From: Desulfobacterales bacterium
GTDB taxonomy: Bacteria; Desulfobacterota; Desulfobacteria; Desulfobacterales; UBA2174
NCBI GenBank assembly: GCA_963668645.2
Contig: CAXXWC010000020.1
Location: 165,586-229,585, forward strand
DNA length: 64,000 bases
Direction of reading: 5' to 3'
The translations under genes were made by a program, and so were the position numbers. The notes under the pieces were generated by a model. It was not told the origin of the DNA and did not search any database. It saw only the letters and a program-made list of their open reading frames with translations. Below are positions 29,113-40,705 of this stretch, piece after piece (position 1 is the stretch's first letter; the number at the start of each line of letters is the position of its first letter).

Positions 29113-29672
29113 TCGGCACCTTTTATGTTTATTTACTGCCAATTTATCTATGATGATTCTGAAAAACAAGTATTAAAAACAAGTTGATATTATGAACAAT
29201 GAACGTATAGTTGTTTTGCCTCAATTTTTGATGCACTCATCTTGTGCTGCTAAATAACCCCACCAAGGGGAGACACATAATCGATCTTGATATCGGCTGG
29301 CCTGACATAACAGATACCGGTTTCCTTTCCTTCCTAAAGCACTACGCCAAAAAGATGTGTCGCGTCAAGACCATCGAGGCCGTAGACTAAAACTAAATGC
29401 GAGTAAAAGTCAGAAGGACGTTTTGACCATGCCGGGCGAAGCGGTTGACACACCCCGCCATTCCGATTAGGGCCACAGGCCAGTTTGCCTCAAATGCCCG
29501 GACGGAGGACGTAGGATCCGAGGGAAATCGTAGAGCAACCATAATCCCTCGCGGCCGATCAACCAGAAATCGCTCCCCGAACTTTCAAATCTATGCCAAT
29601 ATCGCTCAACATATTGAAATGTAGAGCGATACATGATCAACGAGATAAATAAAGCCACTATTTTTTTACCTG

Positions 29673-30185
29673 CTAAATTGCGAATATGCGTGTTTTCAAT
29701 ATCCACACGATAAATGCGGTTTTATAAGACTTTATCTGAATAAGAGTGCCGCTATCGAGATCACCAAGGGACATGCTACAGTCCGCCACTGTGAGGCGGG
29801 TTTTGTTTATCGGTACGATGTAAAACCGAAAAGCATCTATCGGTCGGCACCCTTCATTGACAACCCACCATGACCCCTTTCGAACGGCTTTTTCCGAAAA
29901 ACTGCCGGGCAGCCCGGTCCCTGCCGACTCGAAACGGGTTTCAACAGCGACCAGTCCCGAATCAGATCCAACGGAAAACAAACCTTCCACCTGAGTTAAT
30001 TCAACGGAATGACGGTATTGTATCAGAACTGGATCGCCCACGGAAACACGCGTCCCCGTGACAAATTTTCCCTCTTGCCTCGGCAAAGATACTTCCAAAA
30101 CCCGGATCGGCCACAAAGCATAAGCCAATATCAGTATCACGCCAGCTGAAAAAGTAGCAATAATCGATTTTTTCCATTTTTTCAT
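29673..30185 (-). CDS. DUF1850 family protein (TAXI-TRAP associated)
   Basis: YRHSVELTQV...ETRFESAGTGLP; overlaps the permease stop. Confidence 0.75.
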   Translation of the reverse strand: MKKWKKSIIATFSAGVILILAYALWPIRVLEVSLPRQEGKFVTGTRVSVGDPVLIQYRHSVELTQVEGLFSVGSDSGLVAVETRFESAGTGLPGSFSEKAVRKGSWWVVNEGCRPIDAFRFYIVPINKTRLTVADCSMSLGDLDSGTLIQIKSYKTAFIVWILKTRIFAI

Positions 30186-32281
30186 GAAACTACTTCCAGG
30201 GGGCTGTCCAAAACCCTGTCAATGCTTTTTCGATATCGCTGCCACAAAAATTCGGCTGCGAACATGGTAACAGCGATCAGATTCGCAATATGAGCGTTTA
30301 AATGGATATTGTGGATGAAAATGCCGGATGGATTCACCAAAATAAATGCGATTATGAGAAATAAGAAACGTTCCCACCAATAAGTTTTTATCAGAAAAAA
30401 GCCTTGTATAAATATCGCCCAGCAATACATGCCGAGAATAGATATCGGAAGAATGTAGAGCAACTCCATCCAGTTTGTATTGTACATCAAAAGCTTGGGA
30501 TTGTAGATATACATGAACGGCAGGGTGAAGGCGGCAAGATCAAGCCGGAAAGATTTCCAGCCGGTTTTTATCGGGTCCGCCCCAGCGATTCCTGCTGCTG
30601 CGTATGCACATAGGCCAACCGGGGGAGTATCATCGGCCACAATGCCATAGTAAAAAACGAAAAGATGCATTGCCATTATAGGAATGCCAAGATTCATGTC
30701 TATGTTCAACGACGTGATCGATGGTACCGCCATCGAGGCCATGATGATGTAAGTTGGCGCTGTGGGCAAACCAATTCCAAGAATGATGCAGGCCAAAGCT
30801 GTATATAAAAGGGTTAAAAATAGTTTTCCGCCGGCAAGATAGGTTATGAAGGCTGCCATCTTAAGCCCTAAACCGGTTAATGTAACCACGCCGATAATCA
30901 TACCACAGCAGGCGCAGGCGGCCGCAACACCCACCATGTTGCGGGCACCTACCTCTAGAGTGCCAAACAGCTCCTCTTTCACCTGCCGTAAAATAAAACC
31001 TTTGGGATGGATTTGGTACTTTTTAAAAATTGGGTCAGAAAGTGCCAGGTTCAGTTCAGTTGTTTTAGAAAAGTTCCTGGCCCTAAGCATATTGTTGCCG
31101 ATGGCAACCAAGGCCCCGGTGATTATGGACCATGATGCCGACGTAGAGGGCGTCCAGAATAAAATCAAAAGCATAAACACTAACACGGCGAGCGGGATAA
31201 GAAAATGTATACCGGGTAGAAGCGTTCTCCAAAAAGCCGGTATCTCATCTTTGGGCATGCTGCGAAGATCATGTTTTACCGCCTCCAAATGAACGATAGA
31301 AAAAATGGCTGTATAGGATAGAAGCGCCGGAATTAACGCAGCTTTTACCACTTCTAGGTATGAAACCCCAATCATTTCCGCCATGATGAAAGCCGCAGCG
31401 CCCATAATCGGTGGCATGAGTTGGCCATTAGTTGAGGCGGCCACTTCTATAGCGCCTGCAACATGGGGGGCATAACCGATTCTTTTCATCAGTGGTATGG
31501 TCATAGCGCCCGTTGTTGCGGTGTTGGCAATTGAAGAGCCAGAGATCGATCCCATAGCGGCAGAAGCAACCACGGCGGCTTTCGCAGGTCCTCCGCGAAA
31601 CCGGCCAACACATGCAAAAGAAAGATTGATCAAATATTGACCCGCCCCTGTTTTCTCCATCATTGCGCCAAAAAGGACGAACAGGAAAATAAAAGTAGAC
31701 GAAACTCTTAAAGGAATGGACCAGAGGCCTTCGCCTGTCATGAAAATATGATCGATGATCCGACTGACATTAAACCCTCGGTGAGCAAGTTCACCCGGTA
31801 TATAAGGGCCAAGGTATGCATAACATAGAAATCCCATGGTGATGATCGACAGCGCCGGTGAAACACTGCGGCGTGTTGCCTCCAACACGATAAGCATCAG
31901 CACACCGCCGATAACAATGTCATACAGTGCCTTGTCTCCTGCTGCGTTCGCCCAGTGGTTATAGTTGGCAAAAACGTAAATAGCAGCAGAACCGCCCACA
32001 AACGCGAGGATGACATCTGAAGTGCTAAGGCTGTTTCTGGAGGATCGCTTGGATATGGGAAAATAGATGAAACAAAGTATGAGGGCAAAGAAAAGATGGA
32101 CGCTCAATTGTTGGTATCCCGGCAATTCACCGAAAAGACCGGTATACAATTGAAAAAGCGACATGGTGATAGCAAACAACCGTACAAATAGCCCGATTTT
32201 TCCAGGCAGTATTCTAGTGCCGGTTTCTTCTTCTCTGGCAAGTTCCAAAATTTGTTCTGTATTTTTATTCACGGGACACAT
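30182..32281 (-). CDS. TRAP transporter fused 4TM/12TM permease (TAXI type)
   Basis: Motifs GGPAKAAVVAS, ISGSSIAN, ASTNGQLMPPIMGAAAF and DDTPPV. Confidence 0.93.
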   Translation of the reverse strand: MCPVNKNTEQILELAREEETGTRILPGKIGLFVRLFAITMSLFQLYTGLFGELPGYQQLSVHLFFALILCFIYFPISKRSSRNSLSTSDVILAFVGGSAAIYVFANYNHWANAAGDKALYDIVIGGVLMLIVLEATRRSVSPALSIITMGFLCYAYLGPYIPGELAHRGFNVSRIIDHIFMTGEGLWSIPLRVSSTFIFLFVLFGAMMEKTGAGQYLINLSFACVGRFRGGPAKAAVVASAAMGSISGSSIANTATTGAMTIPLMKRIGYAPHVAGAIEVAASTNGQLMPPIMGAAAFIMAEMIGVSYLEVVKAALIPALLSYTAIFSIVHLEAVKHDLRSMPKDEIPAFWRTLLPGIHFLIPLAVLVFMLLILFWTPSTSASWSIITGALVAIGNNMLRARNFSKTTELNLALSDPIFKKYQIHPKGFILRQVKEELFGTLEVGARNMVGVAAACACCGMIIGVVTLTGLGLKMAAFITYLAGGKLFLTLLYTALACIILGIGLPTAPTYIIMASMAVPSITSLNIDMNLGIPIMAMHLFVFYYGIVADDTPPVGLCAYAAAGIAGADPIKTGWKSFRLDLAAFTLPFMYIYNPKLLMYNTNWMELLYILPISILGMYCWAIFIQGFFLIKTYWWERFLFLIIAFILVNPSGIFIHNIHLNAHIANLIAVTMFAAEFLWQRYRKSIDRVLDSPLEVVS

Positions 32282-32377
32282 GTAATCCTTTGTAATTAAC
32301 TCGTTTATATTAATGGTTTTTCATTTTTATCAAATATTTCTCTGCCTGGATTGAGTCTGTCTAAATTCATAATATAG

Positions 32378-32405
32378 CCGGAGCAGCTCATAGGAGCCGC
32401 TCCGG
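32378..32405 (-). terminator. Hairpin between binding-protein and permease genes (attenuator/stabiliser)
   Basis: On the minus strand, CCGGAGCGGCTC-ctat-GAGCTGCTCCGG followed by an AT-rich tract. Confidence 0.5.
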
Positions 32406-32425
32406 GCGTCTTACCATTGATCAGA

Positions 32426-33397
32426 TTATTTCAAAATACCCACTTCCCTAAAGTACTTTTCTGCGCCGGGATGCAATGGTACGCTCATTCCTACCAGTGC
32501 ATTCTTCACATCCATTCTCTGGAATTTGGAATGTGCTTGTTTAACCTGATCAAGGTCGTCATATACGGCTTTGATAACCGAATAGACAACATCTTCTTCC
32601 AAATCGGCCCGCGCGGCCATCATCGCCATGACTGCGACGCTTTTTACCGGCTGGTCAACTCCTTTATAAAGGCCTCCGGCTATAGCATCATGGGTGTAAA
32701 AAGGGTATTTCTTCATGAGGGTGTCTACATTAGGGCCTGTTATGGGAACAATATGTGCCGGCACTGCTATGTGGACATCCATGATATTGGGGTGAGGCGC
32801 AGCCACGGTGTTGAAAAAAGCATCCAGCCGCCCATCTTTCATGTAATCCGCAGCCTGGCTCGCTTTCAACTGCTGTGCTTTCAGATCCTTATCAGAAAGC
32901 CCCCAAACTGCAAGTATCTGCCTGGCATTTTCCACCGTTCCGGAACCCAGCGGTCCAATGGAAACACGTTTGCCTTTGAGATCTGCCACGGAATTAATAC
33001 CGGCATCCTTCCGGGCGACAAGCTGGACTGTTTCCGGAAAAAGAACAAAACATCCAAGAAGATTTTTAATTGGCTTGTCGAACATGAATTGGCCGTTATG
33101 AGCATAAGATGCAATATCGTTTTGCAGTATGGCAAAGTCGGTATCACCTGCATCGATCAGTTTGGCATTTGCAACGGAAGCACCCGAAGACTCTGATGTT
33201 ACCTTGATATTTTTTTCCTTTAAATGTTTCCATGCCACCCTGGAAACAGCTCCTGAAAAGACGTAGTACGGACCCGTGACCCATCCGGATGCGATTGACA
33301 GATAGCGCCGTTTGGCTGCGTAAGCAGACGGAATAGCTAAGCATAATCCAACAATTGCGACAATAATTAGTGCGCGGCCTCTGTTTCTGATCATCAC
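32426..33397 (-). CDS. TAXI family TRAP solute-binding protein
   Basis: Signal peptide; ASG..TGPYY, SSGASVAN, DLKGKRVSIGPLGSG and PLHPGAEKYF. Confidence 0.93.
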   Translation of the reverse strand: MMIRNRGRALIIVAIVGLCLAIPSAYAAKRRYLSIASGWVTGPYYVFSGAVSRVAWKHLKEKNIKVTSESSGASVANAKLIDAGDTDFAILQNDIASYAHNGQFMFDKPIKNLLGCFVLFPETVQLVARKDAGINSVADLKGKRVSIGPLGSGTVENARQILAVWGLSDKDLKAQQLKASQAADYMKDGRLDAFFNTVAAPHPNIMDVHIAVPAHIVPITGPNVDTLMKKYPFYTHDAIAGGLYKGVDQPVKSVAVMAMMAARADLEEDVVYSVIKAVYDDLDQVKQAHSKFQRMDVKNALVGMSVPLHPGAEKYFREVGILK

Positions 33398-33460
33398 TGC
33401 CTTCCTTTCTTGTATGACTTGTTGTTGGTTTGCCGATCGAGACTATTTTGCCAATAATAC

Positions 33461-34624
33461 TCAAGCCCAATGTTTAAAAACTTTGAATATTCTATCCATG
33501 GCGATTTCCAAGTTTTCATACGTATTGGTATAAGACAGGCGGATATGTTTTTCTCCCCATGGTACGATCGAGATTCCAGCTTCATCGAGAAGAAGGCCGG
33601 CAATCTGCTGGGGTGTTTTCGAAAAATGAGATACGTTAACCAATATATAAAAAGCCCCTTGAGGATGTGCAAAAGATATCCCTGAAATCTTATTCAAACA
33701 TTCTATTATCATGCACCGGCGGCGGTTGAAGGCGCAGACCATTTCATCCACGCATTTCGTACCTCCTTTAAGCGCCGAGACAGCCCCGTATTGCGAAAAG
33801 GTGTTAGAGCAGTTAGTCGAATATTGGCGAATTCGTATCAATGCGGCGGTAAGGTTCCGATCGGCTGCCGTATACCCGAGCCGCCATCCGGTCATTGCAT
33901 AGCTTTTTGAAAAGCCGTTTAACGTGATGGTGCGTTTTTTCATTTCGGGTAACGAGGCGATACTGATGTGTTGTTTTTCATCATAAATAATTTTTTCATA
34001 TATTTCATCTGAAACAACCAGAAGATCGGATTCGATGGCAAAGAGGGAGAGCTCATTGATCTTTTCAGGGGAAAGAACGGCACCTGTTGGATTGTTCGGA
34101 CTATTCAAAACGATCATTCTGGTATTGTCGGTCAAATAATCCCGCAGCTTCGGAATATCTATCGTAAATCCGTTTTCTTCTTTTAGGGGGACTTTCACCG
34201 GTATTGCGCCGGCCATATATACACATCGTTCGTAGCTTGGAAATGCGGGGGTCGGTATGAGGACTTCATCGCCGGGGTTCAGCAGAGCCATCATACACAT
34301 GAAAATCCCTTCCGCAACTCCTGATGTAACGATGATTTCACCGTCTGGGTCATAGTTGATATGATTCTCTGTCTGGAGCTTTTCGGCTATCGCTTCCCGA
34401 AGTTCCATAATGCCATAGTTCGATGTATAATGAACCTTGCCCTGAAAGAGCGCTCTGGCAGCAGCTTCCTTGATATGGGCCGGGGTATCAAAATCAGGGC
34501 GTCCCAAGTCCATGTGAATGATTGTTTCACCGGCGGCTTCTTTTTTAGCGGCGGCTTCTACAACTTTACGTATAGGTGTAAACGGAATGAAATCCATTCG
34601 GTCCGCAATCTTCATGTATTGCAC
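33461..34624 (-). CDS. PLP-dependent class I/II aminotransferase
   Basis: Motifs GRPDFDTP, NSPNNPTG, SDEIYE and GFSKSYAMTGWRLG. Confidence 0.93.
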   Translation of the reverse strand: MQYMKIADRMDFIPFTPIRKVVEAAAKKEAAGETIIHMDLGRPDFDTPAHIKEAAARALFQGKVHYTSNYGIMELREAIAEKLQTENHINYDPDGEIIVTSGVAEGIFMCMMALLNPGDEVLIPTPAFPSYERCVYMAGAIPVKVPLKEENGFTIDIPKLRDYLTDNTRMIVLNSPNNPTGAVLSPEKINELSLFAIESDLLVVSDEIYEKIIYDEKQHISIASLPEMKKRTITLNGFSKSYAMTGWRLGYTAADRNLTAALIRIRQYSTNCSNTFSQYGAVSALKGGTKCVDEMVCAFNRRRCMIIECLNKISGISFAHPQGAFYILVNVSHFSKTPQQIAGLLLDEAGISIVPWGEKHIRLSYTNTYENLEIAMDRIFKVFKHWA

Positions 34625-34661
34625 CTTCTTCCTAACAGTATTGCCATGTTAAACTGTAAAA

Positions 34662-35516
34662 TTACATCTCATTTACAAGATTCAGGAATTTTTCTTTTTC
34701 GCCGTCCAACATATGGTAGCAATAGTTTTTCTCATCCGGAAAAGTCTGATTTTTCACTTCCGCTACATATTCCTTCATGGCGGTCGTTATTACCTGGGCA
34801 ACATTGCAGTAGCTTTTGACAAATTTCGGCGTAAACGCCTGGAATTGTCCGATCAGATCGGAGACGATAAGCAGCTGACCGTCGCATCGAGGACCCGCAC
34901 CAATGGAAAGCACCGGGATACTCAATGTTGTCCATATCACTTCCGTTACTTCCGGAGGCACAGCTTCGACCAGGAGCATGCCGGCTCCGGCTTTTTCCAC
35001 TGCAACAGCGTCTTCAATCAAGATCTTGGCCGTTTCGGCGGTGCGCCCCTGCGCCTTATGTCCTCCCAACTGGCCGCTTGATTGGGGAGTTAGGCCGATG
35101 TGACCGATCACATTGATACCGGCATCAGTAATCGACCGTATTCTGCTCGCCACCCGCTTGCCTCCTTCGAGCTTAACAGCATCGACATCCGCTTCTTTCA
35201 AGAATCTTCCCGCTTCCATTACAGCCTGGGCATCGCTTGCTTGATAGCTGAGAAAAGGCATATCCCCGATTACAAAAGTGTTCGGAGCGCCTCTTCTTAC
35301 CGCATCACAATGTAAAATGCATTGGTCCATCGTTACTGGAACCGTACTTTTGTATCCATAAACACACATCCCCATCGAATCTCCGACCAACAGCATATCC
35401 ATCTTTGCAGCCTCGGCAAACTGAGCGGTCGGAAAATCATAGGCTGTGAGCCACGCAATTTTTTCTCTTTGGGTTTTCATTCTGTAGAGATCATAAATCG
35501 ATTTTTTAGAGCTCAT
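34662..35516 (-). CDS. panB: 3-methyl-2-oxobutanoate hydroxymethyltransferase family
   Basis: Motifs LTAYD, LVGDS, GDMPFLSY, VKLEGG, GHIGLTPQS and IGAG..CDGQ. Confidence 0.92.
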   Translation of the reverse strand: MSSKKSIYDLYRMKTQREKIAWLTAYDFPTAQFAEAAKMDMLLVGDSMGMCVYGYKSTVPVTMDQCILHCDAVRRGAPNTFVIGDMPFLSYQASDAQAVMEAGRFLKEADVDAVKLEGGKRVASRIRSITDAGINVIGHIGLTPQSSGQLGGHKAQGRTAETAKILIEDAVAVEKAGAGMLLVEAVPPEVTEVIWTTLSIPVLSIGAGPRCDGQLLIVSDLIGQFQAFTPKFVKSYCNVAQVITTAMKEYVAEVKNQTFPDEKNYCYHMLDGEKEKFLNLVNEM

Positions 35517-35589
35517 TATTTTTCTTTCTCGCAGTTGCGATTTTGTTAGGCTTTTTTGTTATTACATAGCTGATCGACTTGGTATTGAA

Positions 35590-36483
35590 TTAGTCCAATT
35601 CCAGATAATCCAACAATTCATATAACTCTTGCCTCGTTGTTTCATCGACTTCAGGGCCGGGATGTCTCATCTTCGCGCAGCTCATCAGGCCTCTTCTAAC
35701 CATAATTTCCTTTCGGAGGCTTATTAAAAGTCCCTTTGAAAACTGGTAACGGATAATTGGTAGATATTTATAGAAAAGTGCTGCTGCCTTTGATTTCTCT
35801 CCAGCTAAAATAAGATTGTACATATCCACAAATATGTTTTGATAAGCAAATCCGCTCATTGCGCCACAAGCGCCACGGATAAGTTCCTCGTATAAGAAAA
35901 GACCACCTAATCCACCGAAAATATGCAGTTTTTCTCCCCCTGGTGCTTTCAACAGATTGGTTACTTTTTGGGGTGTCGGCGGGTCTTCAAGCTTTAGGTA
36001 TTTTGCGACTTCGAAATCATTGACAAGCTTGATTATGAAGTCTACAGGCATATGGACGCCGGTAACTTCGGGGAAGTCTTGAATGACCAAAGGTATTTTC
36101 AGCCTCTTCGCCACCGACTCATAGTAGCCATATAGCTTTTCGAAATTTGGCTTAGGCATCGGGGGCGGGGCCACCATCACAGCATTCGCGCCGAGTAGTT
36201 GGGCTTCCACGCTTCGTTCTACAGCAAGCTTGGTTCCAGTGCCGCTTGTGCCGACAGTGACGGTAAGGCGGCCATCGGCAGCCTTGACAACCTCAGAGAT
36301 CATTGCTCGTCGCTCGTCATCATTCAATCGATTTGCCTCTCCGGTCACGCCAAGGCATACAACGCCTGTACAACCATCTTGCAAAGATAATTCCACCATT
36401 GCCGGGATCGGTTGAATGTCGAGTTTTTCTTGCGCATCAAACGGGGTCGGGATCATGTAATGCATTCCATCAAGCTTGATCAT
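35590..36483 (-). CDS. Dihydrodipicolinate synthase-family lyase (non-DapA subfamily)
   Basis: PTPF, LGVTGE and Schiff-base Lys in YLKLED; QDFP replaces the canonical YNxP. Confidence 0.85.
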   Translation of the reverse strand: MIKLDGMHYMIPTPFDAQEKLDIQPIPAMVELSLQDGCTGVVCLGVTGEANRLNDDERRAMISEVVKAADGRLTVTVGTSGTGTKLAVERSVEAQLLGANAVMVAPPPMPKPNFEKLYGYYESVAKRLKIPLVIQDFPEVTGVHMPVDFIIKLVNDFEVAKYLKLEDPPTPQKVTNLLKAPGGEKLHIFGGLGGLFLYEELIRGACGAMSGFAYQNIFVDMYNLILAGEKSKAAALFYKYLPIIRYQFSKGLLISLRKEIMVRRGLMSCAKMRHPGPEVDETTRQELYELLDYLELD

Positions 36484-36628
36484 ATGGTCACCTCTCTAAC
36501 AAATTGTGGATGTGTAACACATTGCCGGGTTTAGTCCCAAGTCAGTGATGGGTCACTATTTTGTCACTATCCGGGCGGAATGTTCCAATAATGTGCTGAA
36601 AAAGCCGTCCGCCCAAATGTTAAAAAAG

Positions 36629-36658
36629 CACATATCCTTTATCCAACATATGTGTCAA
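36629..36658 (-). promoter_or_regulatory. Candidate promoter/operator of the catabolic cluster
   Basis: Minus-strand TTGACA (36658-36653) overlaps the inverted repeat CACATAT-N12-ATATGTG, which encloses GGATA-aa-GGATA. Confidence 0.45.
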
Positions 36659-37159
36659 GCATTTTTTTGTTCGTGGATGCTGATGTTTTACTGAAGTTGG
36701 TTGGATTAGGTATAACAAGTAGAAATAAAAAGGGATAAATAGAATTTGGTCGAGGGGAAAATCTGGAAATGACCGAATGAATGGTCTGCCTACCACCACC
36801 GTGGTCGGTCCCAAAACCATCTCTGATTAACATGGCCAAGTACCTGCCGCAGTCTGTTCATGCCCTGGCGCTGGTGCTAAGAATGGTATGAATTACCACG
36901 AGATCCCGTTTGGGAAGCTGTTTCGAAATGGCTTGGCGGGCAAGGATTGAAGCGGTTCCGGTCACCGGTCAAAACGGTAAACTGATGTCGTGGCAAGTCG
37001 TTGCGCGATCCCTCTATACCAGGGATCGCGCGATAAGCGCAGTCCGCTCGGCAAGATTCAAATGAGGTGATCAGCAGGTATCTGGAGGGCGATCCAAGGG
37101 ACTCCCCGGCCATGGCGAAACTGTAATGAAATCAGGATTGACCCTGTCGCCTGGCATTT

Positions 37160-37504
37160 TTATAGGCGCACGATAGAAAGCCCTGTTTTCTCCAGCTTTT
37201 GAATCCACATTTCTGTGAGAACTTGTAGTTCTTCATCGGGATTTGCTTGCAGGCCTTCTTTTTGCTCCAGCACATCGAGTATTTCAAATTTTAAGGCAGA
37301 CCCGCCATAGGAATTCCAGGCCTCCTGCAATTCTTTGTTCCGATGGCTTCCGAATTTCAATTCAGCCCTGTGTCGATTGAATCTGGCCTCCAGATCGATG
37401 GCAAAGCCGATATATACCTTATTCTTTTGCAAATCCATGATTCTATAGACTCCCATGGATCGCTTGGACTGCTTGTATGCTTTTTTCATTTCTGCCTTGT
37501 TCAT
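37160..37504 (-). CDS. GIY-YIG nuclease family small protein
   Basis: GVYRI...KVYIG...RFNRH...HRNKELQEAWNSYG...FEIL. Confidence 0.82.
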   Translation of the reverse strand: MNKAEMKKAYKQSKRSMGVYRIMDLQKNKVYIGFAIDLEARFNRHRAELKFGSHRNKELQEAWNSYGGSALKFEILDVLEQKEGLQANPDEELQVLTEMWIQKLEKTGLSIVRL

Positions 37505-40423
37505 TCTGGTTCCCTTTGCATGAATTCGGTATTTTTCTGAAAATTCGTACTGCACTCACTGACCGGGAACGGGCGCTTGACTTGCGCTGCAAGCCGGCGG
37601 CGTACACCGTCCGACCCGTCGGCCACCACGAGAACATCATCCGTCCTCCAACCGGATAAGGGGGGATCGGAACTCAAATAGGCAGGCTCAATACTTTTGA
37701 CCATGGATGGAATTGATCACCGCTGTGTCAAAGGTCGGACTGTTTATAAGGTCATTCGTGCCGAATGAGCTTCCCATCAGCAAAGACCCGTATCCGCCCT
37801 GTATTTTGGAATAATCCACCGGCAAAAGCACCCGAAATCCAACAATGCGTGTCTGGGCGCCATCATCTACCCTGACGACTTGCCCCGCCCGTCCCAAAAT
37901 CATATGGCGATCTATCGCATTCCACAAGTCGGTAAACGCATAAGAAAGACTCACGTCGGCCATGCCGCCATGGAACAAACTATGCGTTTTTGTCGGAACC
38001 ACAACCGATGAAGGCTTATATAAAAGCGGCCTTTGACCATGTGCCATTTTGAAAACCAACACTTTGTAATTTTCTCGCAGCTCTCGGGATTGCGTCCTGT
38101 TCGGAAAATAGAGGGCATGGTCATTGTCGATATCTTCTGTCACGTCGAATCCTTGGATCTGTTTCAGCAAGTCAGCCAAGAGCATTTCACTTATGTCGGC
38201 AGAGGGTCTGGCAAAACAGTCTTTTAAAATGGGAAAAGTAAAATTCTCCGTATCTTGGACGACTTCCCTCCACCTTGGGTGGATAATACCATTTTTGCCG
38301 TAAATTATCTGGTTTTTCCCAAATACTTGCAAAAACAGCAGTCTTGGATTATTTTTTTGCTCATATCTGAAAATCGGATAAAGCGGCGACTGCGACAGCC
38401 CCTGATAAAACAACGAAATATCCTCGGGCACATCGTCGACCTTTTTTGTCGTTTTGAAGATCAGGCGATATTTGTATCCTCCATCAGAATAATTTTTATC
38501 ATTTAAATAAGTGATATCAAACCGGTCCAAGGCTGCAAAACTTAATTGGCCATGATCAAAGATAAATGGAACATATCCCCCTGGGGCCTTTCTCCATAGA
38601 TGAATCACATCCTTGTGCAGTAAGAATTTGACATAATTTGCCCTGTCAACATCATTGTCCAGGGCCTGATACAGCTGGGTTTGTTTCATATCTGACCCAT
38701 CGCTGTGTCCATACATCCCGGCTGCAAATTTGTCAAATTTTTCAGGATCAATATCTTTACCCTCGGATATACCCTTGGTCATCAAGTCATACCCTGCTGC
38801 CGAAAAAAAATCATAAAAATCACTGATCCCGCTGTTGAATTTCTTTGATATGTTGCTGATCGTGAAATTACACACATAGTTCGTGTAATCCGCCAACTGT
38901 CTAAATATATTGGTTAAGGCTAACAGCCTGGATACATTGGGATAGGTGCTGATCTGATCCTCTCTATCAGGCAAGACGATCTTGCAGGTACGAAGCGATG
39001 GTATGACATGCTCATAGGGTGTGGTTTCAAAACCACTGACAAACATATCATCAATTCTCAAAATATTGGCACTATTGCCCGCCGGGACTGTGCCCAAGGG
39101 CTCGCTTTGGACCTCTTTTGTCGAATGCGTTTTCCGATCGGTGTCCGCCAGGGGAACGCCGGAGATTCCGGCATTATTTTTTAACTCCAACTCCAAAGGA
39201 TTTTCTTCAACTTTTTTTGCCGCGTTTTTAATGCTCTTTTCCAGCTTATCTTTTTTTAAATCCTCTTGATAGTCTTTCCATTCCTTATATGAGGCAAATA
39301 CACTATCCGGAGGACCTAACGACTTCTTTTTGACTTCAGGCTGCTCGAGAAGTTCTACTTTTGCAGTGGTCGGCACATTCAAATTCGGAACGGCCAAAGG
39401 TTTGTTCTCGTCATTCAATACCGTCATGATCTTATCGGCAAAGGTTATTATATCCGTGCCTTGCACAGCGGGGCGCATGTGCGCTTCAATGTGCAAGTTT
39501 TTCATGTACTGGGCCCATCCTTCCTGCTTGGCATAGGATGCAGATGCCCCAATTTCTGCACCCACTTTGGAGGGGATGCTTCCGCTCAGTGATACAGCGG
39601 CGCCCAATTGGGATTCCGTATTGCCGCTTTTTTCGTCAAAATGAAGGATGCCGTAGCCATAGGCATAGTTTGCAAATTTCAGTTTACTCACAAAATGGGT
39701 TCCCACATGGGCATAAAAATCCTGTACGGCACAACCGATTTTGGACTTGAGCGCCCCCATGTTGCAGTAGAGTTTTTGTTGAATTTCTTGATCTCCGGCA
39801 AAGTCGTCATACTGCTTTCTGATCAAAGCAAATATGGATTCCATCACCGTCAAGAGCTGGATGTTGCCGTATACGTTCCTCTGGCTCCAGTCAATCTGTC
39901 CTTTGCCCCTGTTTTTCTCGAAGATCAAGGTATCGATATATTGTCGCTCGTCTGTTCCTTTCGCTGCCTGTTGTGTATAGTCGACGTAGGCTTTGACGGT
40001 CGTTTCATCGAGTTCTGAACCGATGAGAAAAGGTGTAAAATCATATCCATCCGCAAAATCACCGGTATTGATTCTAAAATAAGAACCATGCCTCCCTCTG
40101 GTCATGGTCACATAGACGTTGCCATCAGAGTTTGCCAGCGCCATGGAATGCTCGTAATGGGCAGCCGCCGACCCGCCTACGATACCCATAACATTGACCG
40201 ACGCCTTCAAGTCGGCTGAGACGGCATAGGAAGAAGAAGCTGCTGCTTTACTGCTGCTCAATGTAATACTGAGGTCATCCTGGCTGGCACTGAACGGATT
40301 CAGATCGAGCAGGCCTTCTGCATCCAGGTTTGCCAGATTAAAGATGGGTGTGTTGGGCGGTGGTCCCCAAAAACTGGACAATGGTGTAAGCTCTAAGTCA
40401 GACCGAAAAAGGAGGATCTGACC

Positions 40424-40705
40424 ATGAGTACCAAACGTCGACAGTACAAACCCGAATTCAAGGCCAAGGTCGCCTTGGCTGCCTTACGCAATGAGCAAAC
40501 ACTGGCTGAGCTGGCCAAACGCTTCGATATCCACCCGACCATGATCAGCACCTGGAAAAGGGAGCTGCTCGACGGGGCCGCCGACATCTTCGAGAAAGGG
40601 CGCAGAGGCAAGCAGGTCACTGATGTCCAGGTCGGCGAACTGTACCGCCAGATCGGCCAGCTTAAGGTGGAAAACGATTTTTTATCACGCAAGCTCGGCT
40701 CCTGA
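40424..40705 (+). CDS. IS3 transposase OrfA (HTH)
   Basis: RRQYKPEFKAKVAL...LAELAKRFDIHP...QIGQLKVENDFL. Confidence 0.92.
   Translation: MSTKRRQYKPEFKAKVALAALRNEQTLAELAKRFDIHPTMISTWKRELLDGAADIFEKGRRGKQVTDVQVGELYRQIGQLKVENDFLSRKLGS

Noticed and set aside
29200..29670. ncRNA in the intergenic gap
   Set aside because: Only short hairpins and a lone TTGACA; nothing I can support.
36830..37140. Small ORFs or gene fragments between the catabolic cluster and the GIY-YIG gene
   Set aside because: No recognisable motif, RBS or consistent frame.
37555..37687. GC-rich patch as a second attC site
   Set aside because: Only a partial resemblance, and no matching complementary arm was found.
40356..40381. 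Start of the 897-aa ORF (MSSFWGPPP)
   Set aside because: These codons are the IS left inverted repeat read on the minus strand; the real start is 41806.
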